In this document: piece after piece, positions 17,211 to 23,369 of the stretch
Layout of the letters: the number at the start of each line of letters is the position of its first letter
How positions within the stretch are numbered: the stretch's first letter is position 1
Source: a virus
Taxonomy: Duplodnaviria; Caudoviricetes
Virus record (IMG/VR): IMGVR_UViG_3300002307_000214
Span: 1 to 25,272 of that record
Direction: 5' to 3' (one strand)
Length of the DNA stretch: 25,272 nt
Made by a program: the position numbers and the translations under genes
The notes under the pieces: generated by a model
Database searches by the model: none
Seen by the model: only the letters and a program-made list of their open reading frames with translations
Told to the model about the DNA's origin: nothing

Positions 17211-20200
17211 TAGTATTCACCTGTTTGACTCAAACTACTGCCAAGGCTGCTGATAGGGTATAGACCCTGCACAACACTTTGACTACGTAGTGTACTTTGT
17301 GTTAATGCATTTACAACTTCAATGTCATTGACTGTAGCAGCACTTACAAAAATTTCATTTGGGGCTGAACGAATTTCGTATAGATCACCAAACGTCTGTA
17401 ATGGATTAATTGGGACCAGCACAATTGAGCTGATAATACTACCTAAGTTTTGGTGCAGGTATCCTGCCAATTCACTGAAGAAGAATGTAGCACCAAAGTC
17501 CCACTTGTCAATGGTAAAATATTCGTTAATAAACGAAATTACCTGGCTACGAATTTCGCTGTCGCTTGCCACTGTGTTTACAGCACGTATGACTTTAATT
17601 GTGCCACGAAGTGCTGGATCTGCTTTGGCACCAAACAACGGCTTGAATAATACACTATTGAATACCAAGTTGTCTGATATCATTTTGTAATCGTCGAGGC
17701 TTGAATAAGCAGCAGACAATTCTGCAATGGTTGGCTGTGCAGGTTGTGGCACAGTACCGGTGGTATCTTTAATGTAATTCTGATAAGCAGTATAGTATTC
17801 CTGATTAACCAGATACAAGTCAATAATATTAGTAATACCTGGATCAATTACATTAGTCAGGGGACTGTTATGACGATATTGGAAATACAGTCCTTGTCGC
17901 CCAGTACGGCTAATAAAGCCCGTGGCAGGTACTACAGTTGATTGTATTACTCCGTTAACAACAGTCGTTAACAATTGATAAAACAACTGATCTTGATAAG
18001 CATAGAAATATTGTCCGCTAATGTACTGTGCCTGTACAGTTTCGATTGCTGATAGTGTAGGATAATCGCTGTTGACTACTCCTTTGGCCACTGGCAAGTA
18101 TTGCTCAATGTTGTCAAAGTCTGTGGTTAACTGCAGGAACACTAACTTGTGATTTTGATTAACAGTAGGATCTACAATCTCGTTAAAGAAATCTGGGTTA
18201 TCTGCAACGCCGTCTGAATTAGTATCAGTATAGCTTACTTCGACTAAGAAGTCGTTTACATACCCGTCTGACTGAACAGGTTGATTAATAATCTGCATTG
18301 GAATATTAACACTCAACGGAAAGCTGGTGTCTGGTTCAGAATTAGTACGCAGCACTTTAATAAAGTCGCTGATAACTGTACCAGTCTGGCTGTCGTAAAC
18401 ACGTTGATTACCATCAAAGTAAAAACGTGTTTCAATTAAACTAGCAAATAGATAATTTAATCCGCGACTGGTAACAGCATATTGAATACCATCAAATACA
18501 AATTCAATCATCCAACTTGCGTCCAGGCTCAGGCCCTGAGTGTTTTGTGCATTGGCTTGGCTAAACGGAGCGTTCACTGCCAAGTTGCTGCTGGTAATCA
18601 AGTACCATGTCTGTGTCAGATTATTAAATCCAATACCAAAGTTGCGATTTAATTGAATCTGCTGAACCATTTGTTGCTGCAAACTAGTTGGCAACTCTGT
18701 TACAAAAGTAGGAATAACTTGCTGTGCAATTGCACCAGTAGGCACAAATACATTTAAGATAACAGGACCAGTACCGTCAGGCAGATTACCTAGTCCAGAA
18801 TTTGTACCATCTAATACTAACGCACTAATTGTGGCCCATATTACTAGTTTTTCATCTGCGGCTGTTGGTTGTCCGGCAATTAATCTATTGTTTGCATCAA
18901 AGAAATATCCAGCAGGAGGAATAAATTTAATCAAGGACCCTTGCGTAATATATCGAGTATTATTACTACTATATGTCCCAATAGGTTGTGGTGCTAAATT
19001 TACAAAATTATAAAAGTAACCAGTGGTTTCAGTTAATACAGTTGTGCTTTGATTCCAGGCCAAATTCAATGGAACTAAACTTGGACGAGTAAAGTTTTGA
19101 TAATAAAATTGTATAACACTACGGCTGGCTACCAACGGCTCAACGCTATTGGTAATAACAGATGTAATGTCATTTATATTTGCCCATAGGAAATCAAAAG
19201 TAGGTAATACATTTTCTCTGTAAAGAATGCCGTCTGACGCAAAAATATTAGTCGAGCTGTACTTGCCAGTTACGTCTGTTAAGTCAAGAAAACGGCTACT
19301 GCCAACTGTGCTACGTGCTACAGCTTTGCTCTTGATAATATTATTGTATTTGGTAAATGGGAAGTTTGTGTAATCCTCACCGTTGACCATACGATTTTGT
19401 GAGTAATAAGCTGCCGGAGCACGTTGCTTAATCTCGTCAATAGTTTCTCTTGTTTGTGCGTTACTAACAGGAAGTGTTAGGCCACATGTAAAAGTAATTG
19501 TTTCGTTGCGGCCAGTACGACTAATGTAGTTGATTGGTATAACAACCGCTTGCATTTCCTGAGGATTGATAATATACTGCAGGCCGTTGCTGGCACGAAC
19601 ATAATTTCTAAAGAATCCAACAGGGATCTCTGAGAATACGCCGTCCCCAAATGTCAAAGTAATCTGATCATTGGCTCGGCTAGCAATACTGTAAATTGCA
19701 CGTTGATTCAAGGGTGTTTGTTCGGCAGCAGCCGAATATACGTTAGTTGTATATAACCATTGCGAAGTAATATTACCTAGGTCGTCAAGTTGATACAACC
19801 AGTAGTCCTGATTGTTAATCCCATCAATGTTGATGTTTACGCCGCGATTAGGAATGGCTTCTGCCAGGTTAAAGTCTTGATTTTGCAGGACACCTTGCTT
19901 GAAGAAGAAAAAGAATCCAGTGTTATTAGATCCAAACCCTAGTTCGTCGTTGCGATATAAAATATTAAACTGTCCGCTGGGTTGTGGTGGTGGTTCATAC
20001 ACATAACTCTTGCCTTGTGTTGTAGCACTTACCGCTTCGAAGGGCATGTTAACGCCGTCAACAACGCTGTTGAATGGTACAATAGGCAAGTAACCTGGTA
20101 TAAGATTAATTGTATATTCGCTAGTTTGAATGCCCAGTATGTCTTGCGAGTTTCCAGGACGGCCAAATTTTTGACTATCAATGAACGCAGAATTCATTAT

Positions 20201-20674
20201 GTAGGTAAACTGCTCTAACCAATTTGGGTTAGTGGCATCATTCCAGTTTACAGTTACATTTGATAAGCTGACACCGTTGTAGTCTACAACATCTTCAGAA
20301 GTCTGTACAGCAAAAATCTTCAAGTATCCAGATGCAGCTTGATTACGTTTAGGAGTGTAGCTGACTAAATTGGCAAGTCGTACAACAGAATCACGACGTT
20401 CTGCTGTATCCATGAAATTTTCACGGGTGTTCATGTCATTACGGAAGGCCAATGACTGCCCCATAAATGCCATTAGATCCAGAATAGCAATGAACTCGCT
20501 TGACTCAATATAATCGTTAAACGTTTCTGGGTAATACAGACGTAGATAGTCTACAAAGCTTTTGCGTAGAGTTTCAAAGTCGTAGCTTTGAAAGTCTGCT
20601 TCTCTGTATGTCTGATAGAATCTCTTCCAATCTTCTATACCAAATATTGCGGTTTGTCGAGCTGTTTGTGCCAT
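17210..20674 (-). CDS. Baseplate wedge subunit, T4 gp6-like / baseplate J family (1154 aa)
   Basis: gp6-type motifs: YDFETLRKSFVDYL..FNDYIESSEFIAILDLMAF..ENFMDTAERRDSVVRLANLVSYTP, LTFGDGVFSEIP, ETIDEIKQRAPAAYYSQNRMVNGEDY, and C-terminal FINEYFTIDKWDFGATFFFSEL. It follows the gp25-like gene. Confidence 0.9.
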   Translation of the reverse strand: MAQTARQTAIFGIEDWKRFYQTYREADFQSYDFETLRKSFVDYLRLYYPETFNDYIESSEFIAILDLMAFMGQSLAFRNDMNTRENFMDTAERRDSVVRLANLVSYTPKRNQAASGYLKIFAVQTSEDVVDYNGVSLSNVTVNWNDATNPNWLEQFTYIMNSAFIDSQKFGRPGNSQDILGIQTSEYTINLIPGYLPIVPFNSVVDGVNMPFEAVSATTQGKSYVYEPPPQPSGQFNILYRNDELGFGSNNTGFFFFFKQGVLQNQDFNLAEAIPNRGVNINIDGINNQDYWLYQLDDLGNITSQWLYTTNVYSAAAEQTPLNQRAIYSIASRANDQITLTFGDGVFSEIPVGFFRNYVRASNGLQYIINPQEMQAVVIPINYISRTGRNETITFTCGLTLPVSNAQTRETIDEIKQRAPAAYYSQNRMVNGEDYTNFPFTKYNNIIKSKAVARSTVGSSRFLDLTDVTGKYSSTNIFASDGILYRENVLPTFDFLWANINDITSVITNSVEPLVASRSVIQFYYQNFTRPSLVPLNLAWNQSTTVLTETTGYFYNFVNLAPQPIGTYSSNNTRYITQGSLIKFIPPAGYFFDANNRLIAGQPTAADEKLVIWATISALVLDGTNSGLGNLPDGTGPVILNVFVPTGAIAQQVIPTFVTELPTSLQQQMVQQIQLNRNFGIGFNNLTQTWYLITSSNLAVNAPFSQANAQNTQGLSLDASWMIEFVFDGIQYAVTSRGLNYLFASLIETRFYFDGNQRVYDSQTGTVISDFIKVLRTNSEPDTSFPLSVNIPMQIINQPVQSDGYVNDFLVEVSYTDTNSDGVADNPDFFNEIVDPTVNQNHKLVFLQLTTDFDNIEQYLPVAKGVVNSDYPTLSAIETVQAQYISGQYFYAYQDQLFYQLLTTVVNGVIQSTVVPATGFISRTGRQGLYFQYRHNSPLTNVIDPGITNIIDLYLVNQEYYTAYQNYIKDTTGTVPQPAQPTIAELSAAYSSLDDYKMISDNLVFNSVLFKPLFGAKADPALRGTIKVIRAVNTVASDSEIRSQVISFINEYFTIDKWDFGATFFFSELAGYLHQNLGSIISSIVLVPINPLQTFGDLYEIRSAPNEIFVSAATVNDIEVVNALTQSTLRSQSVVQGLYPISSLGSSLSQTGEY

Positions 20675-20692
20675 GGTATCTCTTTATTAGAG

Positions 20693-20701
20693 TATTTATC
20701 G
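20693..20701 (-). promoter_or_regulatory. Putative late promoter CGATAAATA upstream of the gp6-like gene
   Basis: Lies in the 47-nt intergenic gap, 18 nt upstream of the ATG. The identical 9-mer occurs at 21102-21110. Confidence 0.7.
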
Positions 20702-20721
20702 ATGATAAAAACCACGTACTT

Positions 20722-21096
20722 TTAGATGTAGCTGGCTCTGCGGGTTTCTTCGTCGAACATCACTGATAGTAATTCAACTGTGCTACTGTTTACCACTTGT
20801 ACAGATAATTCTATCAGCATGCCATTCTCCTGCGGATATGTCACAGCATCAAGTATGTAAAGTCTGGGATCACCACCTGCGACACGTTGCAGTTCTGTTA
20901 AGATTGCCTGCTGTGTGCCTGGCATTTGTGGTTCAAATACGTAACTCCACAATGTGGTACCATAGTCGGGTCGCCCTGGCATTGACCCTTGCTGTATGCT
21001 TAGAGCATTTAAGAAATCTCGTTTAATCAAATCGTAGTCTACCAAAGTAAACTTTTTATATTGATCAATAGTGCTGAATCCAATGAATGTAACCAT
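20722..21096 (-). CDS. Baseplate wedge protein, T4 gp25 / GPW_gp25 family (sheath initiator), 124 aa
   Basis: LIKRDFLNALSIQQGSMPGRPDYGTTLWSYVFEP ... DPRL matches the gp25 pattern (I...L.T..GER...P.FG..L...LFEP ... EPR). The size is typical and the gene sits between spike and gp6-like genes. Confidence 0.9.
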   Translation of the reverse strand: MVTFIGFSTIDQYKKFTLVDYDLIKRDFLNALSIQQGSMPGRPDYGTTLWSYVFEPQMPGTQQAILTELQRVAGGDPRLYILDAVTYPQENGMLIELSVQVVNSSTVELLSVMFDEETRRASYI

Positions 21097-21101
21097 ATTA
21101 A

Positions 21102-21110
21102 TATTTATCG
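21102..21110 (-). promoter_or_regulatory. Putative late promoter CGATAAATA upstream of the gp25-like gene
   Basis: Occupies the 14-nt gap: TAA-CGATAAATA-TTAAT-ATG. There is no SD between the box and the start codon. Confidence 0.7.
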
Positions 21111-23369
21111 TTAGAAGTAACCTGGGTTTTGCACTGGTCGGAACACAAACGGTGATACCTTGGGATTGCCAATTATGGCTGTTACTGCTGCATTAATACC
21201 TGTTCGATTTACCGTGTTAATGGAACCTGTAATTACTGCACCTACTCCGCCGAGCGATAATCCAAATGCATTGGCTACCAAGCTAACACTAGCCTGTGCA
21301 TTTTTAGAAATAACATTAATTTTTGCAGTTAGGGCAGCACCTGCTTGCCCACCTACCCAACTTACAACAGCAGCAGGACCAAATTTAGCAGCAGATTGCA
21401 CAAGTGCAGCCGCTTGCAATGCAGTTTCTGTTCCTTTAAGGACACCTGAAATCTGCAACTGTTTTAGTCCAGTTTGCATTAGACCTTGTTGTATTCTAGT
21501 TTGTAAGTTAGCACTTGCTAGTAATCCACCAATGTTATTGACGTTAAATCGTCCAGTCCATACAGCAGGATTGTTTAATACTGTACCGGCAATAGATAAG
21601 CCAGCACCAAACTGTGCCACTGTTCCGGGCTTTAACAATCCCGATTGCTCTAATTGTAATGGGCTAAATCCAAATTGGCCCACTCCTGCGGCACCAGAAT
21701 AAGAATTAAATGGTTGCCCAGTGCTTAACGCAGCAGAACTCATCATGCCGGTTACTTGCGGCTGTGTTAGCGGTCCAATACTTGCAGTGGCAGGAGTTTG
21801 TGTTAGCACATTAGCAGGAGTAACTGCTTGTGTTACTGGTTGCGTATCTAACTGTGCAACTGCCGCAGTAGACGGGGCAGGCACTGGACTTGCTGCTGCA
21901 ACAGGACTTGCAGATGACGACCCTTCATTACTGGGTTGCGATAGATCAACCGTGGTCTTAACACCTTTATTATGATAAGGGTACGGTTCATGTGTTGGTG
22001 CCCGGGTAACAATACTGGTAATTGCACCTTCTTTAACTTCCCAACCTTTACCTTCAACAAATGCAGTACCAGGTAACTGTACGTCTGCTACTATCTTGGG
22101 CTTAGGACCCGCAGCAGAACCGCCGCTGCCGTTTAGATTAATAGTGCTGCCTTTGAGATTCAACGACGAACCTCCGTCGATTGCAGTTGATTGACCTTTG
22201 ACAGAAATTGATCCGTCTGAAGTCACTCCTAATTCTCCTTGACTGTACACAGACAGTGTGGATACTGCTGCCAGTTCTAATTCTGCAGAGCTGTTGACTT
22301 TAACTGACTTGCCTTTGAGATTTAAATTGCCACCGGCATACATGTTAATATCTTGATCAGAGTGCAAGTTTAACGTGCCTTCTGTTCTGATGTTAACTGA
22401 GTTAGTGGCATAGACGTCTACTGTGCCTTCTGAACCCAATTCAATCCATGTTTGACCGTTTGCGTGTACAATATAAAAGAAGTCGCCGTTGTCACTCATT
22501 GTGATTTGATGGCCTTTGCTCGTACGTATACGTACTAAGTTGTCGTTGCCAGCAAGATCGCCGTCGTCCATTACAATGCTATGTCCACCCTTACGTGCAA
22601 TAACTGTAATATCCTGCGGTTTTACATTGCCGCCATCAAGTTTGGCTTTGATATCTGCATCCGACAGCCCGCCCTGATAAACAGGACGTCCCGGAGTGCT
22701 TATACCGTAGGTAGAACTAGGGCTTTCTCTTTGGCTGCTGCTGGTTATTGGGCCACGGTCTGGATCGTTAATAAGTCCTTGCTGTAGCATAGCAGCAGTA
22801 ACAACTGAATGAACTGGCTTAGACTTATTGTAAAACTTAGGATCGTCAGTTATTGCAGTATTGTCATTGTTGATTTCTGTAACTGGCAGTTGTTTGGCAT
22901 CTGCCAAATAACTTTTTTGTTCTGAATTTTGTAAGTCAAAGTTTTTGCTGGCACCAATAGCTGGGATCATGTGACTAATGCCGGTATCTGGTATACAACC
23001 CAGATAAAAACCTTGATCTGGGTCACCACCAATAAAGAAACAAATGACCAGTGTGTCAATGTCAGGCGGAGTAAACCACATGCCATAGCTTTGTTGATTA
23101 CCAACAAATGTTCCAGTACCTTGATTAGTACCTGACTGCGGAACTGTTCCATAGAAAGGAGGACAGTAGCTAACAGTACGCCACAAGCTTTGATCATCCG
23201 GGTTGTCGCCGCCGAACTGTTCGATGTACACTTGCAAGCGGCCGGAACGCACCGCATCAATATTATTCTTAACTGCTCCGATAAACGGACCAAATTCAGC
23301 AGGAGTGCCGCCACGATCAAATTTGTAGCCTTGTCCACGTCCACGACTTCGTTGTATATTATCGCCCAT
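21111..23369 (-). CDS. Baseplate central spike, gp5/gpV/VgrG-like (OB-fold + beta-helix) with ~290-aa C-terminal extension (752 aa)
   Basis: OB-fold motifs are GRLQVYI..W..V...PFYG..YGMWFTPPD..VICFFIGGDP. The beta-helix entry GHSIVMDDG..VRIRTSKGHQITMSD..NGQTWIELGSEGTVDVYA is followed by ~8-residue strand repeats (NSVNIRTEGTLNLHSDQDINMYAGGNLNLKG) and INLNG. RAPTHEPYPYH precedes a P/A/S/T linker and an extra domain. Confidence 0.88.
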   Translation of the reverse strand: MGDNIQRSRGRGQGYKFDRGGTPAEFGPFIGAVKNNIDAVRSGRLQVYIEQFGGDNPDDQSLWRTVSYCPPFYGTVPQSGTNQGTGTFVGNQQSYGMWFTPPDIDTLVICFFIGGDPDQGFYLGCIPDTGISHMIPAIGASKNFDLQNSEQKSYLADAKQLPVTEINNDNTAITDDPKFYNKSKPVHSVVTAAMLQQGLINDPDRGPITSSSQRESPSSTYGISTPGRPVYQGGLSDADIKAKLDGGNVKPQDITVIARKGGHSIVMDDGDLAGNDNLVRIRTSKGHQITMSDNGDFFYIVHANGQTWIELGSEGTVDVYATNSVNIRTEGTLNLHSDQDINMYAGGNLNLKGKSVKVNSSAELELAAVSTLSVYSQGELGVTSDGSISVKGQSTAIDGGSSLNLKGSTINLNGSGGSAAGPKPKIVADVQLPGTAFVEGKGWEVKEGAITSIVTRAPTHEPYPYHNKGVKTTVDLSQPSNEGSSSASPVAAASPVPAPSTAAVAQLDTQPVTQAVTPANVLTQTPATASIGPLTQPQVTGMMSSAALSTGQPFNSYSGAAGVGQFGFSPLQLEQSGLLKPGTVAQFGAGLSIAGTVLNNPAVWTGRFNVNNIGGLLASANLQTRIQQGLMQTGLKQLQISGVLKGTETALQAAALVQSAAKFGPAAVVSWVGGQAGAALTAKINVISKNAQASVSLVANAFGLSLGGVGAVITGSINTVNRTGINAAVTAIIGNPKVSPFVFRPVQNPGYF

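Noticed and set aside
21160-21975. Plus-strand ORFs of 180 aa and 84 aa opposite the spike extension
   Set aside because: They are codon-aligned antisense shadows of an Ala/Gly/Thr-rich gene, with no RBS, no recognisable motif and a mirror-type composition.
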